From NCBI GenBank assembly GCA_963665095.1, contig OY762069.1, positions 416,001 to 480,000 of the forward strand: 64,000 nucleotides of DNA, written 5' to 3'. The DNA comes from an uncultured Desulfobacter sp. (GTDB lineage: Bacteria; Desulfobacterota; Desulfobacteria; Desulfobacterales; Desulfobacteraceae). Shown in pieces: positions 50,225-60,330 of this stretch. The notes beneath the pieces are model-generated. The model saw only the letters and a program-made list of their open reading frames with translations, was not told where the DNA came from and ran no database searches. A program made the translations under genes and the position numbers. Position 1 is the first letter of the stretch; each line of letters starts with the position of its first letter.

Positions 50225-51499
50225 ATGGCACTTGAACCAAGTCCTTCTGATCTGACAAAACAATTGGTTGCCATAGTTGGCCAATCCGAGTCCTGTAGAA
50301 ATATCATTCCTATTTTAGCAAAATCGGAAATCGTAAAGAAAGGATGCTGTTTTGTCCTTGTCGTCTGTGCTGCCTCTGACTCATTGGCACTTGCGGTCTC
50401 TCAATTTACAGGTGTTTCAGTTACTGCCGGCGTCGGGGATCTCTTGAATGAAAGGGATCTTGCCCTGGTGTTTGTTTTGCAGGCGGTCCCAGGGTTTGAT
50501 ACCATATCTGCACAATTGAAACACCGGGGTGTTCCGATTCTGGATTTTAATGTCTGCGGGGGAAAAACGTCTTCCGAATATATAGTTGCTGAATTTGAAA
50601 GATGCATAATCCGGGAAAAAATCGCTGACGGGAATGCGACATCACAGGAAATTTTAACTTTATTTGATCAATATTCCCGGCATGCTCAGGGGCAGACCCG
50701 GGCAGAACACCAGTGTCCTGTATCAGATACCAGTGGTATGGATGGCTGCAATATTGAGGCTGGAAACGGGGAAAAAGAGTGCCAAAAGTTCCATACTGCC
50801 AAACTCGCCCAGATCGGTACCATGACTGCCAGTATCGCCCATGAGATTATCCAGCCCCTGAATGTGATCCAGACCTGTGGGAATCTCATGCTGGCAATGG
50901 CAAAAAAAGGGGTTGAAATCCCTTTGGACGAGCTTTCGGAAATGGCCGGTGATATACTATCCCATGCTGCCAGGGCCACAGGTATTGCCGGACGCATCAG
51001 GGATTTTTCAAAAAAAAGAGTCTCGGTGTATAAACGGCTTAACCTTAATGACCCCGTTCGCGGGGCAGAAAGAATGATGACGCATTACCTTCAACAGCGC
51101 CACATAAGCCTTGACCTGAATCTTGAGGAAAACCTGCCTGTTGTAAACGGGTGCCATAACCAGCTGGAACAAGTGTTTGTCAATCTGATGATCAATGCAG
51201 CTGATGCCATGGAAGAAAAAAGCAGGATCAGTGATGGCCCGGTAGAAAAAATACTCTCCATACGCACCACTGTCCAGGGGACAAAGGTCCTGGCCAGAGT
51301 AAGGGATACCGGCACAGGAATGAGCCTGGCTGTAAAAAAAAGGATGTTTACCCCATTTTATACCACCAAACCCCATGGCACAGGTCTTGGTACCGCTATT
51401 ATCCAGGAAATTATTCAGGAGCACGGCGGTGTTATTGACGTTGAAAGTTCGGAAAGCCGGGGCAGTGAATTCATTCTTTTTTTCCCTGCAATTGTTTAA
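50225..51499 (+). CDS. Cytoplasmic NtrB-type sensor histidine kinase
   Basis: IAHEIIQPL, QVFVNLMINAADA, DTGTG, PFYTTK..GTGLG; no TM helices. Confidence 0.9.
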   Translation: MALEPSPSDLTKQLVAIVGQSESCRNIIPILAKSEIVKKGCCFVLVVCAASDSLALAVSQFTGVSVTAGVGDLLNERDLALVFVLQAVPGFDTISAQLKHRGVPILDFNVCGGKTSSEYIVAEFERCIIREKIADGNATSQEILTLFDQYSRHAQGQTRAEHQCPVSDTSGMDGCNIEAGNGEKECQKFHTAKLAQIGTMTASIAHEIIQPLNVIQTCGNLMLAMAKKGVEIPLDELSEMAGDILSHAARATGIAGRIRDFSKKRVSVYKRLNLNDPVRGAERMMTHYLQQRHISLDLNLEENLPVVNGCHNQLEQVFVNLMINAADAMEEKSRISDGPVEKILSIRTTVQGTKVLARVRDTGTGMSLAVKKRMFTPFYTTKPHGTGLGTAIIQEIIQEHGGVIDVESSESRGSEFILFFPAIV

Positions 51500-51820
51500 A
51501 GGAAAAGTGTAAAAAAAATTTACAGGATGTAAAGTTTTTAATATTTTTTTAACCTCTTGTATTTGTATGGCATTTTTAAACCATGCCCCTGTGTGAAAAG
51601 GGGATGCAAAATGTGAGAATTCCCTTTCTAACAAAGATTTCGCCATTTCTTTGAACGATTGTTCTTCTGAAAAAAGGCCACAACAAACGGCTTGACTCCC
51701 ATAAAATTTGATATTAGTCTGTTTTCAGATTTGAGCGCTGGTAATTTCTGAAACCCATCTAAAAAACAGGTTGTGTGAAAATAGTGAGCGGATAAATAAT
51801 AACAAAAGCAAAAGGGCCAT

Positions 51821-52294
51821 ATGAAACTTCTATTCGTAGACGACGAACAGACCTTTCTGAAGTATCTTGCCAACCGCATGGTGTTGGAGGGATTCACGGT
51901 TAAAGCAACCTTTTCAGGAGAAGAAGCCATCCAGGCCGCCGCAGAAGAGGATTTTGACGTGGCTATTGTGGATCTTCACATGCCCGGCATTGATGGCATT
52001 GAGGTCCTCAAGCGCCTCAGGGAGCTGCAGCCCTTTTTGCCAAGTATCGTACTCACAGCACACGGCAGCGTTGACAATGCTCTGAAAAGTGCGAAATACA
52101 ACGCATTTAAATTTTTATCAAAACCGGTTGACATGGCCCTGCTTTTAAGAACCATTCAGGAAGCCCGTGCCCATCGGCTCGAATTCGAAGGCCGTTCTCA
52201 GGAACTCAATAACAGCCCTGGCGATTCATCAGATTCAGGAGCCATAGTAAAGCTGTTTAATAAACTGCGCGGGCTCTACGGCGTCAATGCCTGA
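51821..52294 (+). CDS. Single-domain response regulator
   Basis: VDDE, VDLHMPGIDG, LTAHG, KP. Confidence 0.92.
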   Translation: MKLLFVDDEQTFLKYLANRMVLEGFTVKATFSGEEAIQAAAEEDFDVAIVDLHMPGIDGIEVLKRLRELQPFLPSIVLTAHGSVDNALKSAKYNAFKFLSKPVDMALLLRTIQEARAHRLEFEGRSQELNNSPGDSSDSGAIVKLFNKLRGLYGVNA

Positions 52295-52360
52295 ACGCCT
52301 TTGCACCTGTACGTGATGTTTATCTGAACTTGTAGACTTTAAGTTTTAAGGAGGCCTGGT

Positions 52361-52912
52361 TTGACACAATCGACCCCCGGCGGTTGCGGCGCTGTTCAAC
52401 CGGAAAGGCGCAAAAAAAAGTTTTCAGTTACCTCATTTTTTTTGACCTTTTTGCTCATGTTTTTCACCTGGGTGATCCTGTCCGGAAATTTTTCAGGATT
52501 GCTTATCAGTTTGGGGCTGATATCCAGCTTGCTTGTGGCCTGGTTTTTTCACGATCTGCTTTTTCCCCATGTGACATCCCGGTATCCGGGTCTTTTTTTC
52601 CGTTTTATCGTCTATATTCCCTGGCTGATCTGGGAAATCGTAAAAGCGAATTTTCACCTGATGTTCCTGGTGTTCCATCCAAGGATGAAAGAGTTGATTG
52701 ATCCCCACATAACAGTTTTTCATACCGATCTGACATCAGATATTGCCATTACCACCCTGGCCAACTCCATAACGCTTACCCCGGGCACTATTACGGTGAG
52801 GGCAACAAATGACGGTGAATTCTCGGTTCATGCCATTGACAGGCCGTCTGCCGATGCCCTGCCCGGCACCATGGTGGACAAGGTGGCTGATATCTACGGA
52901 GAAAAATTATGA
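52361..52912 (+). CDS. mrpE: Na+/H+ antiporter subunit E
   Basis: EIVKAN, LANSITLTPGT, VHA. Confidence 0.93.
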   Translation: MTQSTPGGCGAVQPERRKKKFSVTSFFLTFLLMFFTWVILSGNFSGLLISLGLISSLLVAWFFHDLLFPHVTSRYPGLFFRFIVYIPWLIWEIVKANFHLMFLVFHPRMKELIDPHITVFHTDLTSDIAITTLANSITLTPGTITVRATNDGEFSVHAIDRPSADALPGTMVDKVADIYGEKL

Positions 52913-53202
52913 ATACCTTTTTTTTATGCATTGGTTTAGGTCTTTGCCTGCTCATGTTTGTTTCCTTCTTCCGGTGCCTGGTGGGGCCCACTGTTTTAGA
53001 CCGGCTTATCGGCGTAAATGCCATCGGTACTAAAACCGTTGTCCTGCTTCTGCTGATAGGCCTTTTGTATGGGCGGGTGGATATGTTTGTGGACATTGCC
53101 CTGGCCTATGCATTCTTAAACTTTGTCGCTGTTATTGCTGCATCCCGGTATTTTCATAAAAGAAAAGGCCTGTATGAAGGATCCTTTAAGGAGACGCCAT
53201 GA
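52909..53202 (+). CDS. mrpF: Na+/H+ antiporter subunit F
   Basis: GPTVLDR...VDIALAYAFLNF. Confidence 0.92.
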   Translation: MNTFFLCIGLGLCLLMFVSFFRCLVGPTVLDRLIGVNAIGTKTVVLLLLIGLLYGRVDMFVDIALAYAFLNFVAVIAASRYFHKRKGLYEGSFKETP

Positions 53203-53543
53203 ACCTTTTTGTTATCATCTGTCTGTGCATTGGATTTCTATTTTTTCTTGGAGGCACCGTGGGAATCATCCGGATGCCCGATTTTTACTCACGGCTCCAT
53301 CCGGCAGGCAAGCTGGACACCTTGGGACTTTTTGCCATGGTGTCAGGCCTTGCTGCCTACAATCTGCATCATTTCTCCTTTGGAACCCTGCTGTTGTCCA
53401 TTAAGATGATGCTTGTGGTCTTTTTTGTATTCCTGTCAAGTCCCACGGCCACTCACTCCATTGTGGATGCCGGTATGCGGGCCGGCTTAAGTCCCTGGAC
53501 CCGGAAAAAACGTTCCCAATTCAACGGCACAGGAGAGGAATAG
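53199..53543 (+). CDS. mrpG: Na+/H+ antiporter subunit G
   Basis: GIIRMPDFYSRLH..GK.DTLG, SPTATH. Confidence 0.92.
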   Translation: MNLFVIICLCIGFLFFLGGTVGIIRMPDFYSRLHPAGKLDTLGLFAMVSGLAAYNLHHFSFGTLLLSIKMMLVVFFVFLSSPTATHSIVDAGMRAGLSPWTRKKRSQFNGTGEE

Positions 53544-53545
53544 TT

Positions 53546-53791
53546 ATGTACTGGCCCATTGATCTGATTATTTTAACCTTTGTCATTGTCTGTGCCTTAG
53601 CAGCCATCTACGTAAAGGATCTTTTAGGAACGGCAATCCTTTTCGGGGCCTACTCCTTTATGATGTGTCTTTTGTGGGCCGTCATGGGGGCTGTGGATGT
53701 GGCCTTTACCGAAGCAAGCGTTGGCGCAGGCGTCAGCACCGTGTTTTTCGTGGCCGCTGTATTTAGAACCAGCAGGAGGACAAAAGATTGA
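53546..53791 (+). CDS. DUF4040 / MbhD-like Mrp subunit
   Basis: MGAVDVAFTEASVGAG. Confidence 0.88.
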   Translation: MYWPIDLIILTFVIVCALAAIYVKDLLGTAILFGAYSFMMCLLWAVMGAVDVAFTEASVGAGVSTVFFVAAVFRTSRRTKD

Positions 53792-54606
53792 AACTGTTAA
53801 GTCTGATTGTGGTCTGCCTGACCGGCGGGCTTTTATTGTACGGAACAGCCGATCTGCCGGACTGGGGGGATGCCAATGCACCGGCGTCGCTTCACCTGTC
53901 TGATTATTATATTGAAAATGCCGTAAAGGATACTGAAGTGCCCAATCTGGTGACAGCTGTCCTGGCCGACTATAGAGGGTTTGACACCATGTTTGAAACT
54001 GCAGTGGTGTTTTGTGCCGGCCTGGCCTGTTTTCTTCTGCTTAGAGATTTTACGCCCAAGCAGGATCACTATTATCGGCATGTGCCCACCGGCGTAATTC
54101 TTCATGTGAAAAATCCGGAGCGGAAAGTTGTCACAGGCAATGAATTTGAAGATATGGACAAGGAGTGGGTGCCTTCGGATACCATCATCAAAACGGCGTG
54201 CCGGATTCTGATTCCCTTTATTCAGATTTACGCCTTTTATGTCGTGGCCCACGGGGATTTTTCCCCGGGCGGCGGGTTCCAGGGTGGCGTCATTTTCGGG
54301 TCCAGCCTGATTCTTCTGGCCATCTCATATAATTTGAAATACCTGATCAAACGGGTGGGGGAAAAATTTTTAGGGATACTTTCTGCAGCCGGTGTTCTGG
54401 TTTATGTGGGCATTGGCGCCATTGTCATGGTGCTTGGCGGAAACTTTCTGGATTATGGGAAATATGCCCCGATCTTCGGGGAACACCATATACGGGCCTT
54501 GGGTATGCTCGGGGTTGAAATCGGCGTGGGCATGGCTGTGACTGCTGTCATGGTCATTATCTACATTAATATCGTGTCTGAAGGCAGGCACGATGAAGGA
54601 TTGTAA
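53788..54606 (+). CDS. mrpB: Na+/H+ antiporter subunit B
   Basis: PNLVTAVLADYRGFDTMFE, HGDFSPGGGFQGG. Confidence 0.92.
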   Translation: MKLLSLIVVCLTGGLLLYGTADLPDWGDANAPASLHLSDYYIENAVKDTEVPNLVTAVLADYRGFDTMFETAVVFCAGLACFLLLRDFTPKQDHYYRHVPTGVILHVKNPERKVVTGNEFEDMDKEWVPSDTIIKTACRILIPFIQIYAFYVVAHGDFSPGGGFQGGVIFGSSLILLAISYNLKYLIKRVGEKFLGILSAAGVLVYVGIGAIVMVLGGNFLDYGKYAPIFGEHHIRALGMLGVEIGVGMAVTAVMVIIYINIVSEGRHDEGL

Positions 54607-54615
54607 GGAAGCGCT

Positions 54616-55017
54616 ATGGCTGAATTTTTTACACTGATCGCGGCCAAATACAATTACTGGCTTTATATTATTCTGATGATGATCGGTCTTTATGCCATGA
54701 TTGCCAAAAATAACCTGATGAAAAAGCTGGTGGGCATGAACATTTTCCAGACCGCCATCATCCTGTTCTACGTCTCCATCGGGTTTAAGCACAATGCCAC
54801 GATCCCTATTATCATGGGAGACCATGGTCACGGCGGGCACGGGGCTGCAATCCATGCAGCCGATTACATCAATCCGGTGCCCCATGTGCTCATGCTCACT
54901 GCCATTGTGGTCTCCGTGGCCACATTCGGGGTGGCCATGGCTCTTTGTGTCAGGGTTTACCAGCGGTATCACACCCTGGAAGAAGATGAACTAAGAATGC
55001 GCCTATCGGAAAAATAA
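54616..55017 (+). CDS. mrpC: Na+/H+ antiporter subunit C
   Basis: NLMKKLVG, NPVPHVLMLTAIVV. Confidence 0.92.
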   Translation: MAEFFTLIAAKYNYWLYIILMMIGLYAMIAKNNLMKKLVGMNIFQTAIILFYVSIGFKHNATIPIIMGDHGHGGHGAAIHAADYINPVPHVLMLTAIVVSVATFGVAMALCVRVYQRYHTLEEDELRMRLSEK

Positions 55018-55021
55018 GATT

Positions 55022-56530
55022 ATGAATCACTATCCAGCCATTGTTGTCATCGCTCCCCTGTTAGGGGCCTTTATCGCCGGAATTCTTGCATGGGTTCAGG
55101 ATCGGTATACCTATCCTGCCACGCTAGTTGCCGTGGGTATTTCCTGTGCCGCTGCCGTCTATGACCTGATTTTTGTGGCAGCCAACGGCCCCATTGCCTA
55201 CCATATGGCCGGCTGGGCCCCGCCCATGGGCATTGAATATCGCATTGACACCCTGAACGCCATGGTCCTGGTCCTGATCACAGCCATTGCCTTTTTAAAC
55301 CTTGTGGCATCCTGGCCCAATGTGAAAAAGGAGCTGCCGGACCGCAGCCCCTCTTTCTACGTGATGTATCTTCTATTTGTGGTGGGACTGACAGGCGTTG
55401 CATCCACCGGGGACTTGTTTAACTTGTATGTCCTGATCGAAATCACCTCGCTGAGTTCCTACACGATGATCGCCCTGGGCGACAGGGACCGGGGGCCGAT
55501 TTCTGCTTTGAACTATATTTTTGTGGGTGTCATAGGTGCCTCGTTCTATCTTCTCGGGGTAGGTTACATCTATATTAAGACCGGGACGCTGAACATGGCG
55601 GAGTTTGCATCCATGGTGCCGGCCATTCAGGATTCCACCACCCTTCTCACCGCCTTTATCCTGTGCATTGTGGGGGTCTTCATTAAAATGGCCCTGTTTC
55701 CTTTGCATGTCTGGCTGCCCAATGCCTACAGCTTTGCACCAGTGGGCTTTGCCCGGATCGTGGCCCCGCTGATGACCAAGGTGATGGTTTATGCCATGGT
55801 GCGGCTGATGCTCACCGTTTTTGGCCTGGACTATATCTTCATTCATCTGCACCTGGCCGACACTGTGGTGTGGCTGGGCACTATTGCGATTCTGGCCGGT
55901 GGTGTCATGGCCCTGGCCCAGACGAATCTTAAAAAAATGCTCGCATATATCATCGTGTGTGAAATCGGGTACATGGTGGGCGGTGCCTGGCTGGGTAATG
56001 ATGCCGGCCTGACAGGTGCGATCCTTCACACTTTGAACGACGGGATCATGACCTTTGCCCTGTTCCTTGCTGTGGGTAACATGGTCTACAAACTGGACCG
56101 GGTAGAGATACGTGATCTTCAGGGGCTGTTTGCGAAAATGCCCTGGACCATGACCGGATTTGTCCTGGCCGCCTTCAGTATCGTGGGCGTGCCGCCCACC
56201 TGCGGATTCTTTTCCAAATGGTATCTGATTTTAGGGGCGTTTCAGGCCGGGGCCTGGCATTTTGCCGGGGCACTGCTCATTTCATCCCTGATCTGCGCCA
56301 TCCTTTTTTTCAAGGTGTTCGAGGTCTGCTTTTTCGGGTCCACGGACACAGGGGACGGGCATGGCAGCGATGCCCATGGCCACCATGGACATCATGCCCC
56401 TGTGGCGATCCAGGAGGCCCCGGCTATATCCCTTGTGATCCTGGGTCTGGCTGGCATCAGCCTGGTTGTGATGGGGCTGTATTCAAAAACAATCGTTGTC
56501 AGAATGATCTGGCCGTTATTGAATCCGTAA
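55022..56530 (+). CDS. mrpD: Na+/H+ antiporter subunit D family (copy 1)
   Basis: GWAPPMGIE, DLFNLYVLIE, KMALFPLHVWLP, GVPPTCGFFSKW. Confidence 0.9.
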   Translation: MNHYPAIVVIAPLLGAFIAGILAWVQDRYTYPATLVAVGISCAAAVYDLIFVAANGPIAYHMAGWAPPMGIEYRIDTLNAMVLVLITAIAFLNLVASWPNVKKELPDRSPSFYVMYLLFVVGLTGVASTGDLFNLYVLIEITSLSSYTMIALGDRDRGPISALNYIFVGVIGASFYLLGVGYIYIKTGTLNMAEFASMVPAIQDSTTLLTAFILCIVGVFIKMALFPLHVWLPNAYSFAPVGFARIVAPLMTKVMVYAMVRLMLTVFGLDYIFIHLHLADTVVWLGTIAILAGGVMALAQTNLKKMLAYIIVCEIGYMVGGAWLGNDAGLTGAILHTLNDGIMTFALFLAVGNMVYKLDRVEIRDLQGLFAKMPWTMTGFVLAAFSIVGVPPTCGFFSKWYLILGAFQAGAWHFAGALLISSLICAILFFKVFEVCFFGSTDTGDGHGSDAHGHHGHHAPVAIQEAPAISLVILGLAGISLVVMGLYSKTIVVRMIWPLLNP

Positions 56531-56586
56531 ATCATGGCCCCTTGAAATTGTTGAACCCTTAAACCCGTTTATAGGTAAAGGCATAC

Positions 56587-58068
56587 ATGGAATTTATACT
56601 ATCGATCAAACCTGTTTTGGCTGTGTTAGTCCCCTTAGGCGTGATACCGGTGCTGGTCTCTTCCGGGGGGCGTCCCAATGTCCGCGAAGCCTGGACCTTC
56701 ATTGCCGGTATCATCGCATTTGCCCTGGTGGCATCCATGGTACCGGCGGTTCTGGGTGGAAATACGATCGGTCTGACACTGTTTCCCATTGCGCCGGGTG
56801 CTGATATTGCCCTGAGGGTGGATGCTTTAGGCATGTTGTTTGCCCTGGTGGCGTCATCACTTTATATTATTACATCCATGTATTCCATCGGGTATATGCG
56901 CGGGCTTGATGAACACGGCCAGACAAGGTTTGTCGCCTTTTTTGCCCTGGCCATCAGCGCCACCATCGGGGCTGCTTTTTCCGCCAATCTGCTTACGTTG
57001 TATCTCTTTTATGAAATTTTGTCGCTGGCCACCTATCCTCTGGTGACCCATCACCAGGATGAGACCTCCAAGGTGTCGGGCAGAAGATATCTGATTTTTA
57101 TTCTGGGCACCTCCATCGGCCTGGTCCTGCCTGCCATGATCTGGTGTTACCATGCCACCGGTACGTTAGAATTTTCAGGGGCCGGCATTTTTGCCGGTCA
57201 CCTGTCAGCGCCCGCAGCCACCGTCCTTCTTTTAATGTTTGTCTTCGGATTTGCCAAAGCAGGCATCATGCCGGTACACTCCTGGCTGCCGGCTGCCATG
57301 GTGGCACCCACCCCGGTATCTGCGTTGCTGCATGCTGTGGCCGTGGTTAAGGTCGGCGTCTTTTCCATTGTCCGGGTGCTCACCGGCATCTTTGGGGTGG
57401 AGCTTCTCTCCTCTTTGGGCCTGGGCGGTCTTGTGGCATTTATTGCATCGGTAACCATTCTGGTCAGCTCGGCCATTGCCCTGTCCCAGGATGAATTCAA
57501 GCGGCGGCTGGCCTATTCCACCATTGGCCAGCTCTCATATATTGTGCTGGGGGCGGCGCTGTTGTCTCCCAAGGGCATGACCGGCGGACTTTTACACATC
57601 GCCATGCATGCCTTTGGCAAGATCACTTTGTTTTTCTGTGCCGGGGCCATTTTTGTGGCCACAGGAAAAAAATATTTAAGCCAGATGGTGGGGATCGGCT
57701 ATCGCATGCCTGTGACCATGACCGCCTTTCTCATTGGTTCCATGTCCATTATCGGACTGCCGCCCACCGGTGGATTCATCAGTAAATGGTATCTGGTGTT
57801 AGGCACCCTGGAAGGGGATCAGGCTGTCATGCTCTTTGTGCTTTTAACCTCATCTCTGCTCAATGCCGCCTATTTCATGCCCATATTTTACAAGGCCTTT
57901 TTCTGTACCCCGGAAGAGGCCATGTTTGAACGTAAATTGGATGAGGCACCTGTCATGTGCGTGGTGCCTCTGGTCATCACTGCAATGATATCTTTTGTGC
58001 TTTTCTTTGCCCCCCAACCGTTTCTGGATCTGGCATCCCTTGCCGTGACCGGTTTTACAGGAGGATAG
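56587..58068 (+). CDS. mrpD: Na+/H+ antiporter subunit D family (copy 2)
   Basis: KAGIMPVHSWLPAAMVAPTPVSALLHAVAVVK, RLAYSTIGQ. Confidence 0.88.
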   Translation: MEFILSIKPVLAVLVPLGVIPVLVSSGGRPNVREAWTFIAGIIAFALVASMVPAVLGGNTIGLTLFPIAPGADIALRVDALGMLFALVASSLYIITSMYSIGYMRGLDEHGQTRFVAFFALAISATIGAAFSANLLTLYLFYEILSLATYPLVTHHQDETSKVSGRRYLIFILGTSIGLVLPAMIWCYHATGTLEFSGAGIFAGHLSAPAATVLLLMFVFGFAKAGIMPVHSWLPAAMVAPTPVSALLHAVAVVKVGVFSIVRVLTGIFGVELLSSLGLGGLVAFIASVTILVSSAIALSQDEFKRRLAYSTIGQLSYIVLGAALLSPKGMTGGLLHIAMHAFGKITLFFCAGAIFVATGKKYLSQMVGIGYRMPVTMTAFLIGSMSIIGLPPTGGFISKWYLVLGTLEGDQAVMLFVLLTSSLLNAAYFMPIFYKAFFCTPEEAMFERKLDEAPVMCVVPLVITAMISFVLFFAPQPFLDLASLAVTGFTGG

Positions 58069-58073
58069 AATAA

Positions 58074-58208
58074 ATGAGCGCCCCACATGACAAAGAACTG
58101 ATGGAGTTAAAGCATGACCCGGTACCGGGATATAAGCCGGTGTTCGTGGTGGTTTTCACCATTGCCTGCCTCTACATGGCATTTATTTTATTCCATTCAC
58201 CGTTTTAA
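58074..58208 (+). CDS. 44-aa single-pass membrane protein inside the mrp operon
   Basis: Below the ORF-track cutoff. Hand translation MSAPHDKELMELKHDPVPGYKPVFVVVFTIACLYMAFILFHSPF; GGAGG upstream; fills the intergenic gap. Confidence 0.7.
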   Translation: MSAPHDKELMELKHDPVPGYKPVFVVVFTIACLYMAFILFHSPF

Positions 58209-58227
58209 GTTTTAAGGACTATCGCCC

Positions 58228-58503
58228 ATGGAAGAAAAACAACATCTGTTTGACAATCCCAAAAATGTAAAGCGGCTGCTGGCAATATTTTTCACCTGCG
58301 TGGTAGGCCTGCTTGTTCTGGACGGGGTGTATCTTTATTTGGCCAAACACCATGTCATTCACCACCACGCCTCTTATGAGTGGGAAAATTTCTGGGGGTT
58401 TTATTCATTTTACGGATTTGTGGCCTGCGTCATCCTGGTGCTGGTTTCAAAGTATGTGCTGCGTCCCCTTGTAAAGCGGCGGGAGGACTATTATGACCAC
58501 TGA
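58228..58503 (+). CDS. Small 2-TM Mrp-associated protein
   Basis: Two hydrophobic segments; GFYSFYGFVAC...RREDYY; overlaps the next gene. Confidence 0.75.
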   Translation: MEEKQHLFDNPKNVKRLLAIFFTCVVGLLVLDGVYLYLAKHHVIHHHASYEWENFWGFYSFYGFVACVILVLVSKYVLRPLVKRREDYYDH

Positions 58504-60319
58504 GACGATTGTAGCTGCCAAGGCGGTTCTGTCAACTGATATAATGCCAGCCCTGATTTTCATGGTGGGCGGCATGCTGGTGCCCTTTTTTAAAGGCCGG
58601 GCCAAGTCAATCTATATGATGCTTATCCCGGTGGTGGGATTTTTAAACCTGATCCATATCCCATTGGGGGATTATCATCAGCTTGCCTTTGGCGGGTTTA
58701 ACCTGGTGCTCCTCCATGTTGACCGGCTAAGCCTGCTGTTTGGCTATATTTTTCATATTATCGCCTTGATCACGGTCATTTATATCTTAGGGTTTAAAAA
58801 CGATGTGGAGTATGTGGCAGGTTTTTTCTATGCCGGTGCCGCCCTGGGAGCCATATTTGCCGGAGATCTTTTCACCTTTTTTGTCTTCTGGGAGGCTTTG
58901 ACCATTGGCTCGGTCATGCTTATCTGGTCCAGGAAAACCCGGAAAGCCCAGTCAGCCGGTTTTCGTTATCTTCTGGTCCATGCCTTTGGCGGGCTGGTGC
59001 TGCTGGCTGGCATTGTATTGCATTATTCAGGCACCAGTTCCCTTGAGATGTCCCTTTTTACCCTGTCCAATACCGCATCCTGGTGCATGTTTTTAGGCAT
59101 CGGCATCAACTGTGCCTGGCCGGTTCTGCATCCCTGGCTCACCGACGCTTATCCTGAAGCCACCATCGGCGGTGCGGTCTTTTTAAGTGCCTTTACCACC
59201 AAAACAGCAGTGTATGCCCTGGCAAGACTTTATCCGGGTACAGATCTTCTGATCTGGATTGGTGTGGGCATGGCAGCCTTCCCCATTTTTTATGCCGTGA
59301 TTGAAAATGACCTTCGACGGGTACTGGCCTACAGCCTGATCAACCAGGTGGGGTTCATGGTTGTGGGCATTGGTATCGGCACCGAGCTTGCCATCAACGG
59401 GGCCTGTGCCCATGCCTTTAATGATATTTTGTTCAAGGGCCTGCTCTTCATGACCATGGGGGCGGTGATGTACCGCACCGGTAAAATCAATGCCACCGAT
59501 CTTGGCGGGCTTTACAAAAGCATGCCCTGGACGTGCCTGTTCTGCATTGTGGGGGCGGCCTCTATTTCAGCGTTCCCGCTTTTTTCAGGTTTTGTCTCCA
59601 AATCCATGGTGATGTCGGCGGTGGCGCACATGTCCCATGAGGCAGGGCAGGGGGCTCTTGTCTTTGTCTGGCTGGTGCTGCTTTTTGCCGCCGCCGGTGT
59701 ATTCCACCATGCCGGCATCAAGATTCCGTTTTTTGCCTTTTTCGGCCATGATGCCGGCCACAGAGTCAAGGAAGCGCCCTTGAACATGCTCATTGCCATG
59801 GGAATCGCGGCTTTTTTATGTGTGTTCATTGGTACCTTTCCAAAGTATCTGTATTCGGTACTGCCGTTTCCGGTGGATTATGAACCTTACAGTATTTCCC
59901 ATGTGCTGACCCAGACAGAACTGCTTTTTTTCTCTGCGCTGGCCTTCTGTCTGCTGCTGCTTTCCGGTATTTATCCTGCAGAACAGCGGGCAGTGAATCT
60001 GGATGCAGACTGGATTTACCGCAAGGGCGGAAAATCCGTGTATACCATTCTGGATAGCATCTTGAATCCTTTGAATACCGGATGTGAAAAAGTGGTCAGG
60101 GCAGTGGCTTCAGCGGCCGCCATTATTTTTAAAGATGCCCCGGCCAGGATTGCCCTGTTTGTATCCGTGAATATCTGGCTTGTCTTCGGTTTACGGGGAA
60201 GATACCTGGCTTTACGGAAATCACGGCTTTATAACGATGCCATGGAGGGAACCATGCCCATTGGCTTAGGGGCGGCCGTGGCGGTTGGATTTGTAATGCT
60301 GGTGTATATTTTGACCTGA
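58493..60319 (+). CDS. Na+/H+ antiporter subunit D/A-like (copy 3)
   Basis: DLFTFFVFWE, LHPWLTDAYPEA, FTTKTAVY, RRVLAYS, FSGFVSK. Confidence 0.88.
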   Translation: MTTETIVAAKAVLSTDIMPALIFMVGGMLVPFFKGRAKSIYMMLIPVVGFLNLIHIPLGDYHQLAFGGFNLVLLHVDRLSLLFGYIFHIIALITVIYILGFKNDVEYVAGFFYAGAALGAIFAGDLFTFFVFWEALTIGSVMLIWSRKTRKAQSAGFRYLLVHAFGGLVLLAGIVLHYSGTSSLEMSLFTLSNTASWCMFLGIGINCAWPVLHPWLTDAYPEATIGGAVFLSAFTTKTAVYALARLYPGTDLLIWIGVGMAAFPIFYAVIENDLRRVLAYSLINQVGFMVVGIGIGTELAINGACAHAFNDILFKGLLFMTMGAVMYRTGKINATDLGGLYKSMPWTCLFCIVGAASISAFPLFSGFVSKSMVMSAVAHMSHEAGQGALVFVWLVLLFAAAGVFHHAGIKIPFFAFFGHDAGHRVKEAPLNMLIAMGIAAFLCVFIGTFPKYLYSVLPFPVDYEPYSISHVLTQTELLFFSALAFCLLLLSGIYPAEQRAVNLDADWIYRKGGKSVYTILDSILNPLNTGCEKVVRAVASAAAIIFKDAPARIALFVSVNIWLVFGLRGRYLALRKSRLYNDAMEGTMPIGLGAAVAVGFVMLVYILT

Positions 60320-60330
60320 GGAAAATAACT

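Noticed and set aside
51575..51625. c-di-GMP-I riboswitch (GAAA...GGGATGCAAA resemblance)
   Set aside because: Lacks the upstream GGCAAAC and the second stem.
52361..60319. Membrane-bound hydrogenase or complex I
   Set aside because: No NiFe large/small, NuoB/C/D/H/I or Fe-S subunits in or beside the operon.
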